Assembly (NCBI GenBank): GCA_964247055.1
Contig: OZ176055.1
Span: 2,108,001-2,172,000 of the forward strand
DNA from: Paragordius varius
Lineage: Eukaryota; Animalia; Nematomorpha
Direction of reading: 5' to 3'
Length of the DNA stretch: 64,000 nt
The notes beneath the pieces are model-generated. The model saw only the letters and a program-made list of their open reading frames with translations, was not told the origin of the DNA and ran no database searches. The position numbers and the translations under genes were made by a program. Below, one piece after another: positions 41,301 through 56,300 of this stretch. The stretch's first letter is position 1. The number at the start of each line of letters is the position of its first letter.

Positions 41301-44300
41301 CCATTAACATTCAATCCACACTTTATTGATCCCAAATCCCCGTCCTACACCTATGTCGCAAGTGTGGCTAAAAAAGCGGTATATCACATTTAAAATTGTT
41401 GAAATGATAATCATATTTTTTTATATTTTTTATATTTATAGCTAAAATTTGCAATCAAACTATTTTTTGACCTCAAAAATTTCGCAAATTTGCTCATTAA
41501 AACTGTTAGATTTAGTTTAATATGCAAAGCACTTTTTTGTCCTTCGATTAGATGGAAAATATAATTGAAGAATCCAGTCTTTCAGGTTACTTTGTTTCGG
41601 CTAAGGTGAACAGTATCCTAGATCCTACCCCTGCAACTTTGTCGGGTAATCACTTACCCCCCAAAAATGGCGGCAGTGCTGGAGGTATAATGGTTAATTT
41701 TACGCTAACTCTAACGAATGATTATGAGGGAACGCAAGAACATATCTTTGATATCATATCACAACACATAATAAAATCAAAGTATCGTATAAGCACCTCC
41801 GATTTATATGTCGATCCTGTACCCACTTCAATAGGATCCTTGAGTGAAGGGAACGGTATTTCATTTTATAAGAATTATTCGGTAATTTTGAATTTATAAC
41901 TAAAATTTTACCCCATTTATACACCATACAGTTGAATATGAGTTGGAATTCAGTTTTGAAGAAATGAATCCTGCATATTACAATGAGAAAACTATTAATG
42001 ATAATAATAATAATCCTAAAAATAAATCGAATCATTTGTCGAACATTTTGGATGACAGCGAATTTTTACAACGGCTGAAGGCGGGTGTAACTACTATCAT
42101 ACAAAAATCAACTCTTGCCGCATACTTTGTCGATGCCCATGTTAAACAAATCCGTTACAATAATTTAACGGGCAATGTGATGTTTGCGCTAGATATCTTC
42201 CTTAAACCCGAATACGATGGTATGTATGCAGCATTAGAAAAATTTGAATGATTCCATTACAAAAAGGCTTTTGAGAAAACTAATTATTTTTAACATTTAA
42301 AATTTAACATTTATCATATCCAAAACAGTAAAAATGGAAGTTATATTCTGACGAAACGTAAAGACAAATCGTTACTTTCAAAAGACAACCCATACCTTTT
42401 AAGCCTTGATGATTGCAAAATCTCATCGTTTAGGGTTGCAAAATAAGGAATATAGATGTAAATTGATAATACCTTAATATAATAGTTTATATAGAAAATA
42501 TCATGAATTGAACAAGTATGGTTTTGTCTTTTAGTATTTACATTTAAATATTAAATATTTTTAAATAGGTGATAAAAATGAGTTGTACACCTCCATATAT
42601 GGGGCTTTTGAGCTATCACCCATAAAATTGGGACCCAATCTTTGGTTACGTCTTATCCGTTATAAACTACCCTTTGAAATCGGAATACCTGTAATGAGTG
42701 AAAATGGACATGATATAAGTTTCAATACTGCATTAAACATGGCCTCTCAACCCCAAACGCCAGAATTTCAAGCCTTTAAAGACCGATTTTTACGAGGGGT
42801 ATTTATTTTTGTTTATAATATATAAGCATAAAAACTTTGAAGTATTTTGAAAAATATTTTATTGATTGGTTAACTTTGTGTAAATTTTAGGTTTGTTCAT
42901 TTGTAAACTAAAATTAATAAAGTATTAACCTAGCAAAATTTAAATTATATATATATTTATATCATTATTAGATCAATTATATGATACCACGTACGAATAT
43001 GGGACAAAAGATTAGCTACATTGAATTCGCAAACATGTCACCAATGCACTCAATCACCCCATTAAATCCATTGACAAGACAAAAGCATTTCGCCCTAGAA
43101 AACGGGCCTGATTTACCCTTAAATTCTGATACGGAAGAAAATATTTCTAACCCTGGGCTCATGATGTATTTCAAGAATACTTTGCGACCAAATTCACATT
43201 GTAGCATGACTTGTCAATCGGCTTACAAGGATGAATTATTACATTTGATTCGACAAAACAACTATGAAATTGGGAAATCTGGTCTTTACACTGTAAAAAA
43301 GGCTGAACATAAGCAACAAACTATTGCCAGTCCTGGTAATACTAATACGCAATCGAAATCGCAACAATATCGAATCGGTGAGGAAGGAAAAAATATTGAA
43401 AATCAAGATGATATAATCGTAAATAATGAAGCACAACAGGCTCGAAACTTGAGTATGCCCTAGCAAAATTTTTTATTTTAAAAAATTAAGTTTGACGGAG
43501 AAATGCTAGTTAAATTTTGGAATAAATTTAAGGAAAATGTTTGAAAGTTAATTAGTTAGTTGTTTTTTCAAATGCCCATATATTGAGCATTTTTAACTTT
43601 GTGACAAAAATTGACTAAATTTTCTTTATCAAAGTTACTTTGTATTTTATGTCAATTTTTTGTTTGCATCAAATATTTTTTTACGCAAAAATTTCAAATT
43701 ATCAATTTTTATTTTCGTGCTTATAGAAATAACTACGACTCCCAAAAATTTAGACCAACTTTCCTCAAATGACAACAAAAAGCCAAATAAAGTAAAAAAT
43801 TCACCACCTCAGAAATCAATTATTCCCCGTTGTTTGGATGATAAAACAAGTCAAACTGGATGTCCCTCAAACCAATATTGTGAAATTAGCCGTCGTTATA
43901 ACACGGCCACTTGCAAATGCTATCCGGGTTATGTGAAAGCCCCTGGTGGGATATGTACATGTAAGAGGATTTGATTAAATTAACAAATAATTTTTTATGA
44001 TTATACAGAGTTTTGAAGGCGTGATGGTATAGTGGGTAGGGCCCCGGACTCTCAAACTGCGTGCCAGAGTTCGAACCTCGTAACTACGCAATTTTTCAAT
44101 CATCACTGTCAGCCCTGGGCAGGTGAGCGTTAAAGCCTTCACATGTCCGGATACAATTTAAGTCCTTACCCTTTAATAAAAAAGGAAAAAAGAGACTCTA
44201 AACTGTTATTTTATACTGAGTTTTATTTGCATATTAAGTTTAAAATAGACGATTACTATAAAACGTATTAAAATATGGATTAAAAATTAAATGTATCATA

Positions 44301-47300
44301 TTTATCGGTGATAATTTAATGAAGGATAATATGGTTTCTGAGCATTATGAGAATTATTGTATTGTTTTAGCCAACAGTAATATTATTTTATATCTAGATA
44401 AGGTACTTTAATCTCGAAGTAAAAACATTGACTAAAAATATATAAGAATGTCTAAATTCAAATCTATATATTAATACGTTATTACGGAAATAGATACCAT
44501 TTATTTCATTAAAATATTTCATTTTAGCGGCAATTTTAATTCCTATATCCGAAGTTTCAACTCATCCGACGGTTAATAATTCACAAATTTATACCAACGC
44601 CAATCAACCTCGTGAAAAAATTAAACAATCTGAAATTACTGCAAAAACATCAACTTCAAATTTTGTGACAAACAATAGATTGTCTGCAAGAGGAAATAAT
44701 TTATTATGTAAGGAAAGAACTGATACTAGAAATGGTTGTGGTTTAGGGGCCAATTGCGTTAAATTAAATGGGCAGCCACAAAACAACAGTTATAACTGTT
44801 TATGTCCTCCGTTGCATATCAAGGACACGAATAAGGACTGTAAAAGTATGTAGCTTTGAAAAAAAAACTTATATTTTTTTTAATTTTTTACTTGAATATT
44901 GTCTTGAAATTTGTTATATTTATTCAATAATATCTTAGGAGTTGGGAAAAAATCTACGAAACATATTCGCACTGAATTGCCTGAAATCAAAAAGCCTTAT
45001 ATTACTGATAATTCTGAGAGTTTCAACACAAAACGACCAACTTACATACTTACAACTAATGCGGACAAAAATGCCATCCCTAAATTTACTCAAAAACCGG
45101 CCAATAAAAACTTGCATGATGAAAGGCAAAGTAAAAATAACCTATTGGTAAATACATTTACTCGTTACACTAAAGAAACTGGTAAAACTGCCTCCTTTAC
45201 TCAATCACCGCTAAACTCATATAGAGTGACTACCCCTTGGTTAAAGGAGACAACCTTATTGAATGAAGCAATTACAAATAGTATAGTGGCAGGCCTATCA
45301 ACTCATCAATCCTTAAGTTCAGACAACCGAAATTTGTTGCCTAAAAATTATTTGTTGTTTGATAAACCACAGACGACTAAATGGTATCAAACAACAAGCA
45401 CATCGAAACCACCATCTAAAATTCAAGATGAATACCAGAATGAAGAAGAAAATATTGGAGCTAATAGTCATTTAGATTTTTCGTCTAACACAAATGAGAT
45501 GAATCCCATCGAAAACGATCAAAATTTGAAAGATTTCACCATAAGTGATCATCATACAAATGAACCGAATAAGGCCGAGACCACCTATGATGAGGATGGT
45601 GGCGGTGTTCAAGTCTCTGATGATATCGCTAAAACTATAACATATAGATTAACTCATATGGCAAACATAAGTGAAATGACTGATTTTGACTCCTCAAACA
45701 ATAATCCGATTAACACGCAAAAAAGTGACAATTTACACCGAAATTCCATTACAGAACAACCAGACAACGTTGTCCAAGAAAGTTCTGCCATAAAAGCCAT
45801 AAAACGATTTAGACTTGTATCAGCGAACAAAAAACAAAGTGAATCAAATCCAAAAACATCGGTCACTTTATCGGGCAAAAGATATGTCACACTTAAAATA
45901 GCTACCCCGATCTCAGTTATATCGATGGGAAAAAGTAGTACACGGACGCCTTTATATTATTCAGAAAATCCACTCTCAACAACTAAACGATTGAATGCGT
46001 CAACCATGGTAAACATAAGGAGGTAATAAAAATTTGAAATCGCATATTAAATTAAATAGTTTAAAATGTTTTAAGTAACCAATATATGCATTTTATCAGG
46101 ATTGTAATTTAAATACTTTTTGGGCAATCATACCCTGCTTTTTTACAGTTTTTTAAACAATTTAAACGATTCCAACTTTTTTTAAACAGAACCATGTTTC
46201 TAAATATTAATAATCTTGTATAAATCACAAAGGTAAATTTAGATTTTAAGAAAAAATTAGCATACAATAAGTGCTTATTCAATCATAATTTATCAAAAAA
46301 TGGGAAACGATTTTAGCAAAAAAATAAAATTGACTAAAGGATTAAAACCATATACAATGGAATAGGAGTCAAAACTATTTTTCTGTCAAAACACTGGAAA
46401 TGAAAAGTATCAAAACTTTTTAATCAAAATATTTTTTGCAATTGGAACTATTTGACCAAAACCGTGTTTTATTTAAATAAAAATAGGAATCAAAATTATT
46501 TTCCTCCTATTTGTCTTACAAATAGAATTCATTTCTTTCTAACAATATAAATTAAGAGTAAATAGATGCTAGAAGTTAAATAATCCTACCCCTTTCTTTC
46601 TTTTTAAAAAGATTATCTTTTCATAACGATCCTCTATATATGCTGATATATTTCAGAACATCTCATCATTGCAATGAAGAATATTCCAGTTCAAGTGGTT
46701 GTCCAAGTCCAAAAATATGTACGTTAGAACAAGGACGGTATCAATGTGTCTGTCCACGCGGTTATAAAACTATACAATATGCGGCAGATCCTAACGCACC
46801 ACAAGCTATAACGCTTTGTGTTTTAGCTACCACAACCTCTACAGACATTCCACCCTATAAAACGACTGAATTCAAAGACCCTGAACAAAATTTTGATGGG
46901 TTTAAAACACTGTCAACTTTTGAAAGTTCATACCCAACTACTAAACCAGATAGAAGTCTAGATAATTACTATGATATAAAATTGGAATCTGAATCTAAAG
47001 AAGAGGGCACATATACAATAGATAATTTACGTCAAACAAATGTCTATTATACATCTACAAATGTACCATCATGGACAAATTTAGCGTTGATAGGAAAAGG
47101 GGATCGGGAACCTAAAGTTAGATTTGAAGACGTGTGCAATACAGAAACTAATGAAGGTTTAAAATTGTCTGTTTAATATGTTTTTTTAAAAAATGTGTAG
47201 TTTTTATACCAGTGGTGCTGACCAAAAAAATTTTGTTTTCTCAAGGTTTATAAAAACTATAATATAATTCTGAGCCATAAAAGCTTTCTTTTTTTGCCAA

Positions 47301-50300
47301 AAACATAAACATTTGCCAAATTTAAATATTTAGACTTCGAATTCACCTAAAACAAGTTATCTGTTTTTAAAAATCAAATCACCAATATTTTTATATATCG
47401 AAAAAAATGAAATTTTGTTTAAAATTAAAATAGTACTGAAATAATAATAAACTATGCCCTAAATATATATTTTATATTAATGATGACGCATATTAGCCTG
47501 AAAACACATAATTTATTCTTAGGGTGAATTTGATTTTTCGATGGCGTATAAAATTCATGTTTTATTTTACTATTTTCTTATTATAATAAATAGGCTGTGA
47601 TGAGCGTACAGAAAATTGCATAACTGATACTAAATTGCGAAAACGCATGTGTGTATGCAAGAAAAATTTTATCCGAATTTATCCGAACAGACAGTGTGTA
47701 GGCTTTAAAGAAGCCCTCATATTCTTGGAAATTTTATCGTACAATGGTAAACCATTAACATTTTCGTCCAAAATCAAGCATCTCTCCCGAACCCTACATG
47801 AAAAAGCTGAAAAGGGGGTATAGTATTTAATATAATTTATTTTGAATTAAGTCATAAATATTTAAAGAGTCAAATTCGCAATCATTTATAAACTTTATAA
47901 TGAAGTGTGTGTGTATAATAAGGATAAAACTATTAAATTAATCTAATTTTTTGAAGAAAGAAACCCCATATTTTTCACCCTTGATGTTTTTTTAATATCG
48001 CCTATTGTTTTTGTAAAGAATTTAAAAGTAAAATTGTAAAACAGTCATTATATTTTAGTAATCTTATAGGATGTTACAGAGAGATAATATTACGGAAAAT
48101 AATAGATTTTTTTATAAAAATATTATTATTATACCATTATTTTGTTTAAATTTTACCATAAAATACCTCTAAAAACATTTTTTTTGCTTTCCACAGCTTA
48201 ATGAACTAATCATTGATGCTAACAACAACCAAACTATGCCCATACCACATTTCTTGGGTACTCGATTAAACAATATTTACCAAATATATTTGGATCATGG
48301 TAATGAAATCACACATGAAAATAATGATATACCTGGTAAGAGCTCTAAAATTCCGTATCAAGATTCAAAAATTATATTAGAACGGCCAAAAATACGAACA
48401 ATCTTTAATTATTCCCTAATGTTTGGCAAAGAAACTGAAAGGGATGATTTTATCACTGAGACTGAACATAAAAAATTGCGGACTTACATTGCTCAACTCA
48501 TAAGGCAAAATAATGGAACTTTAACTGGTTCTTTAGCTGCGAACGAATATGGAAATGGAAAAACTACAAATGAAATTGTAGTGAATGCCGACTCGCTAAC
48601 TGATAAAAGTAGTATTTTATGCCAGAATAGTCTATCCTATTTTTAAAATATTTATCGAAAATTAAGGGTAAATTACCGGCTTTTATACATAAAAATAGAA
48701 ATATTTTTACTTTAGGTTAGTATAGTGTTTTTTCTTTGACTTATCAAATTTTCAATTAGGTTTTCAAAAGGTTGATTTTATATATACATTTTTTTGTTAA
48801 ACAATATTTTTGATTCCATTTTTATGGTGTTTTTTAAATTTGGATTTACGTTTTACAAAGTTTTTACACGTAGTAAACTAATATGCATGTTTTGATTGAA
48901 TTCAAGTTTGTTCAATTTACACAGATATAGTAATTAATATATAAAAATACATGATAAAAATATCATTTTTTGTCACCACACCCCCCATAGATATCAAGTT
49001 GTATGAAATATATTTGCACGTTATTACACAAAACGGGAAACCGATCAAATATCAAAAATCTTATGGAGATCCAAATTCCTGGCAATTCAAATTGCTAGCC
49101 AGAGATGCGGAACATAGCATAAAAATGGCTTTGGAAACTAATAGCGGGGATCGTACAGATTTTTCAACGCTCAAACAATTTTTATCGGAACTGAGTTTGG
49201 CTCGAATATATAAGGCTGAAATATTCTTCGCGAAACCTTCCAGTGTTAATAATATTGATGATAATGGATTGATCTTTAAATTTATTTTAAAAGTTTCCGA
49301 CGTTTTCCCAGGTAAATAGCATTGTTCCTTATATTTGTTTACCATAAGCAATTACAATATGCTTTGTTAAATATTATAAAACTTATCAGCTTCTGTTTAT
49401 GCTTGCTATTTACCATATTTATTTCATGATAACTTTATCATCATATACATTTTTGGATTTAATGTTATTATTTAATTGGAACAGTGTATCAAATATTTAA
49501 ATTTAGTTATAAATCAGTTATAAATGTCATAAACGAATTTTGTTATTTTATGTATTTTTTTATAAATATCTATAATAAAATTATAATATAAAGAATGCAT
49601 CGTCGTTTCTTACTAATATTTTTATCTATCGCATAAATTGACAAAATCTCTAGAGTTAATTATATATATAATTTTTATTAAATGAATTATATTAGGCAAT
49701 GCCAAAAATATATCATCCATATTTGCTGACATAATCCTCCAAAACGAGTATAGACTCGGTCGTGACAGTGGACTCCGTATAAACCCGGTTAGTGTTGAAA
49801 TACCCAATATGGCATCGCTTCAATACTTGTTAAGAATCATAGATTCTATGGAGAATATAAGGGAACTCAAGGATCGAAACCCACATAACTTTGAGGAGGG
49901 CTTGGAAAATGCAGTATGTGTTAAATTATGAATATATAATATTTCGAAAGTAATATTAGGTTAAAAAACCTATTGATTTACGGAAAAATTTGGGTATGAT
50001 GTTAGTAATTAAGGTTAATTCTAAACGGTTTTATAAATCTATTTTTTGTGAATGCGATTGTAAATTCTCATAAAAATAACCAGTCAAATATATAATCACC
50101 TTATATAAAAGTTTTTTGAGTATTTTATGAATTGTTTGTTTTTTGTCATTAATTTAACATGATATTAACACAATTAAAAGCATTTGTGGGTAATTTTGTT
50201 GATTTTTTATTTCATACACCGATTGTTATGCCCATAAATCATTGTGATCAGCAGTCAGATCTGTTATATTTTTCATATCCGGTCAAAAACTCAACCTTAA

Positions 50301-53300
50301 ATAAAAATAATTCATACATTTTTTATAACTCAATAGATTACACGAATTCTTGCGGATACAACTTTGAATGGTGTATATTTTGGGAGCCATGTTAATTGGA
50401 TTAATCATACTGATTATTCCAAACGTTTAAATACAGATCATTTACTAACTTTACAACAAAATGCTATTATGAATCTAACCATATATGTACCGGAAACATT
50501 ATTATCATCAACTTCTTTATCTCCCAATGTTACCGTATTTACACCAGATTCTATTGAGCGTTCATTGCATAAAGCTTTGAATAAACAAAATTATCGAATT
50601 GGAGGTATTTTATATATACTAGTTTGTTACTGTTATAGTTTTATATCAAATTTTTTAAAATTCTAAATATTACAGTATGCATTTTAATAGTTAATTATTT
50701 CACAATATACTTGGTTTTGCAACACAGTAGTGTAAGGAATAAAACAACAAAGTATTGAATAAAATAAACAAAGTATTGTAAGAAAGGAAAATATTTTTTA
50801 TTTAAAATTTCGTTGTTTTTTTCCATATACTACTGTGTTGCGAATTGCCCAACTATACTGTGAAATAAGCAATCATTCATTAAAATTCATACTGTAATAT
50901 GAGTTTAAAATTTTTTACAAATAACAATTTTACTATTCGCTACTAGGGTTATACGTTTCAAGGAGACAACCATTTGTTAAAGTTTTTAATTATTCACCAA
51001 GAACCGATATACCTACAAAAATGGCTACAGATGATACAACTACTTTAACATTATCAACAACAAGAAGAAAAAACTTCTTAAAACAACATCTCAAATCGCT
51101 CCCCACAAAACCTACTATTATTAACACAACCTCGTCTACGAAAGTGCTGCCCTCTTATATTAGACGAGGTGATAATCATGAGAATAATCGGGCTCAAGAT
51201 ATAATTGAAACAACCAGTGCCAATTTTGTGCATACAAAATCACCTAAAAATTCAAAAACTATCGTTATAGCTCCAAGAATAATAAAATCTACCACGTCAA
51301 ACACTATAAGTGACATTAACATCAACAAAAATGGAACGACTTCTGTAAAACCACCTATTATTGCCGCCGTACCCAACGGGATAGCAACTGAGTTTAAAGG
51401 CCAAAAAGATCGCGAAAACTCATTACAGGATTTATGTCGATTGTTTAGATGTGGATTTGGCAAGGTTTGTCAAATCAATGATCACAATATACCCGTGTGT
51501 GTTTGTAAACCCGGCTTTTCTCAACGTGAAAATAATCCTACCGGTCCATGTTTCCGTAATTTAATTTGATATTGCATTATCTTTTAATGATTTTTTTTGG
51601 AAGGGGGGGGGTGATATTTTGGGTTTATATCATATGAAATATAATTTTAAGCGAGAAATTTTATTAATTTTATTTTGATAATATATATAAATAAATATTT
51701 TGAAGTGTTATTTATTAATATATAATTCTCTACTAATTGTTATATTAAAAACTTTTGTAAATGTAACACTATTAAATATAGATAATTCCATATTTCTTGT
51801 AATATTTTTTTTGTAAAATACGGCAGATTCAAGGCGATTCGATGTATTAGTCCGTATTTTACGGGAAAATAATACAGTGTTGACATATGCCAACATGGTA
51901 AATGATAGTTCTCCCAAACATCAAGCTATGATGAAAGAAGCAAAAAGATCGGTTATTTATACATTTTTAATTTTTAAAAAAATCTTATTTATATATTTTG
52001 AAACTCACTCAAAAATGTTTATTAATCGATTCCGAAAGTATTTTAAGACTATACAGTTTTGGATTTGTTTTAAAATTATATTTTTATTTTTCCCATATTT
52101 TTAACATTTTTCATTTAAAATTAAAAAAATGTTTTCCACTTAATTTTGCAAATACTTTCAAGATATATTTAGGCTGTAAAATATATAGTTTATTCTTATA
52201 ATCGAAAAAAACACCCCAAATTCTTATTATTGATTAATTAATATTTTTAACTTTACAGTTGGAACGGGTCATAAGTAATACAACAATATATCCCTGGTTT
52301 ATACAAGCACCGTTTAAAGGCCTCTTAAATTCCAATGATTTTGTCGATATTTTCGAAGATACTAATGGGCATTCTATCCCAATTTTACATTATTTCTTGG
52401 ATCTTGATGCGGCTTACAATGGGAGTATGAAGGATATTCAAGTCGAAATACTTAAAGCTTTGGCCCAAAATAATAATAGTTTGCCTCGGACATCGTTATA
52501 TGTGGATCCTATACCCCTTATACGAGGTAATTTGATTCAAGCGTATTTATAAATCATTTTTGGTGTTTGATTTTTCGAATTGTAAATTTATTTAATAGTA
52601 AAAATTATGTGGTTATAATCCAATTTTTGTTTAAAATTCACGCGGAACGTTTTTGTTAAAATCAAATTTTTTTTACTCTCAATTGGTTTTACGATAAAAT
52701 TAGAGTAGTTTCATATATCACCTAATATTTTTTACTTTTATAATTGTTTAATTAATGTATATTTTCCGTTTTAAACCTAACATATTTAAACGTTGTCGAT
52801 AGATTATCATACAAATACCTTAACTATTCCGTAAACTACACATATTTTTACAAAATAAAAATTATTCAAATATTTTCATTAACCATAAATATATGTGTGT
52901 ATGTACATGATAGATATTGATGAATGCGCTTCACCCGAATTAAATGATTGCCATCAATTAGCCACGTGTATAAATACTCCTGGGGGCTTTAAATGCGAAT
53001 GTTTGGAAGGTTACATAGATAATTCGGTTGATGGATCTGCTTATAGTGGACGTGTATGTACTGCTCCAGGTATATTTGCTATAAATATTTTTATCGAAAT
53101 TTTGTCATTCATTTAACACTTAAAATATGTCCAACGAATGATTTTTGAAAACAGGGAAAAATTTTACCAATGCTTTTGATTTGGTCTAATCATATGCTTA
53201 AATATTTAAAAATATTTTTTGAATTTTGTCAAATCCTAAAATTTAGTTCCAAATCGTGTATATTGTTGAAATTGGGATAATTAGTTACATATATGATTTT

Positions 53301-56300
53301 AATGATGTTTAAATTTTAAATAAGTATTTTGAAACAAATATGTTTTTGTATAAAGTTCAAATGCAAAACTTTTTTTAAAAATTTTGTCATAAACATAAAA
53401 TTAAATATGCCTCAAAATGTCCATAGAAATCGTTTTATAATTAAGAAGGAAATGTTTTTTTCACTGTTATAGTAAAATTAAGGCAATTTTTTTAAAGTTT
53501 TAAATTGTTTTAAAAAGTTTTACTAAGCAAACGTTTTTTTTTTATAAAAACAAAAGTATCTGATTGTTCGGATGAACATTGCAATTATCACGGGGAGTGT
53601 CGCATAGATCGTGTCCGCAATGAACGCATCTGTGAATGTGAACCTTGGTGGGTTGGACGCCAATGTCAGCATAGTGGAAAACTTATAGCTATCCTGGGTG
53701 GCTTAGCCTTAGCCCTTGCACTTTTGGTATTACTTAGAGATTTGTTTTTTTTTAATATATTCGCTTTAAATTGTTATAATTTGGTATTAAATATTTTTTG
53801 GGTGGGTATATGTGGAATAAACCAATAGGTTATAAAAAGCCAAATAAATCAGTCATTATGTATATTTGTGGACACAAGAAATGAGCTATATTGAATATGG
53901 ATATAATATGAAAGATAATATTTTAAGCCAATAGTTTAATTACTCTTATACTATTATTTTTGATATTATATTACATTTTTATAACTTGTTACAGCAAAAT
54001 TTGAAATGATACGGGCAAAATATAAAATCATATAGACAATTTTTTTAAAGCTACTGTTGGATCTTTGATTATTTTACATAACTATACATTACAATTACAA
54101 TTTTTAAATATATAATTGAGTGTGTACCAATTTACATTTCTATTCATTTATCTGCAATCCATAACGATAATACATATTTACTAATATCAAGATTAAAAAA
54201 ATATGACTGTGTATTGAAAAAAAATTGTTTTTTCTGTCAGTATAATTTTATTTTTATTGTGCGCATGAACAATTTTCTACATTAGGTGTGCTTATGTTTC
54301 CCCATTTGGTTATGTTTTGCCCGTGGACGGTATCGACGTCAACGAACCCGTGAAAACTTGAAATGGGCTTTTGAACGAGGAGATCACACGAATAATCGTG
54401 GGGGCAAATTTGCTAATTATAGGAAAAAGAAAAAATTTCTACCACATACAAACGCTTCAGGCGGAACGACAACTATGTTAGACACAAATTCTGGAGATTC
54501 ATCTATCGTGACGTCTTCAGAGATCGGAGGTGATCGAACAAGCAAAAAAGATGAGCAGTATAAAAATCGCCGACGTGGTGGTACCAACACTTATCTCAGT
54601 GGAGATGAGGGTGGTCTTTCCTCACCAAGTGTAAGTCACATTATAAATTAATTGTTGCTTGCTTGCTTTTTTAAGAGCTAAAATATTTGTTGGCGAAATG
54701 TTGGTTTTGAAGTTTATCTTCGCATATAATGAAATTGAAATTGGATAAACAGTGGTTTGCAGCAATAACTATAATTGGTTCAAAAGTTAATGCTATTTTT
54801 TAAATGGTTTTATTCATTTTGAACTTGCCATTTATTATTAAACATGGAGTTGGGTTTTTAACTGGTAAAAAAAGTAACGGTCGGATTGCTACAATTGCGG
54901 TTATTCGGGCAAATATATGCTGTATCGATTGGACTCAAAAATATAACGCTATTAACCAATTGATTGATTTAACAAGCATTAATACAATATTTTTAATAAC
55001 TTTCAATGTATCAGATATTTTAACACTGAATTTAAGTTAGCTATTTTATATTTTTTATATCATTTAATTAAACATATGTTTGGATGTTTTTAAAAGCGGT
55101 CATAGTCACGTTCAATCCAAATCTAATCACACAAAATCAAATTAAATTATTTTATTAAACAAGATGGAACATACTAAATTTTTATATGTTTGTTATTTAT
55201 TGTAGGATAAATTTAATACCGATTCCTCAGGGGCACGTATAATCCCCTCCATAGTTATTCCACGGGCACGCTTACATGAAGCCATTCGTTCCCAAATCAC
55301 AGCCAAATTTTTGAGCGAAGACAATTTCGATGACATTTTACCAACCAATAACAACAATAATGGCAATAATGTTAATAATTTAGGTGTTCATTTTAGTGAT
55401 GAACTCACAAAACAAGCCAATGGTAAAAATCATGACTTTGATTGCGGTAATGGTTTAACAAATATGGGTTTCGCCCAGCATTGGGATATGAATGATGTAG
55501 CGTATGCACCACACAAAATACCTAGACCGCTAGTTAATGCTCAAGCTAACTCAAGCCATACAGAAAAAGTATGAAATCAATCCTTATTTTGTTTAAAAAG
55601 AGTGTGCAATTGTGAGAAAAAGGATCTAATCTGAATGGTTTCTCTGGTTTCTTGTTTTGAAACTATTTTGACTTATTAAACCACCCTAACTTTTTATAAC
55701 ATATTAGTTCTTTAATTTTTAAAAACCACCCCCCCTCCCCCCCCTTCGGATTGTAAGCCCTAAATACAAGTATTCACTTTATGTAGAGTTAGAAAGAAAG
55801 GAACTTATTTAGAATGAAATAATGTATATTATATTAATTTTTTAAATTTTAGGGACGCTTATTGCTACAAAATGGGACAAATGATAATGATAATTGTAGC
55901 GATCGGAGTGATACTCACTTGATTGACCAGGGCTCCTTGAAAGGCTTCCCAAAAGTATCATTTTTATTAGATTCATTTTTGGTAAAATAATTTAAAAAAT
56001 AATTTTTTGAATATTTTTTTCATAATTCTGCTTTTTTCGTAAAATAAAAAATCTAAAATTTATTTTTCAAAAATAGTTTTCCTTTAAATAATAATTATTA
56101 TTAATATTTTTAGTCCCCATTGCTGGAAACCAACATCAAAGTACGGAGTCGAGGTAAACCTATTTTTTACATATTTTTTGATAACAGAAAAACAATATTT
56201 ATATATTATTGAATAAAACAAAAATATTACTCTACCCATAGATTTGTATAAACAATTGGAACACAAATCAGATGCTAAGTCAGGACTAAACTATGATGCC

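Noticed and set aside
44019-44090. Functional tRNA gene (anticodon position reads CTC)
   Set aside because: The anticodon stem has two mismatches and the acceptor stem one, so I treated it as a SINE head or pseudogene.
55726-55745. C-rich run (potential G-quadruplex on the minus strand, or a MITE end)
   Set aside because: It is isolated, with no matching partner end and no functional context.
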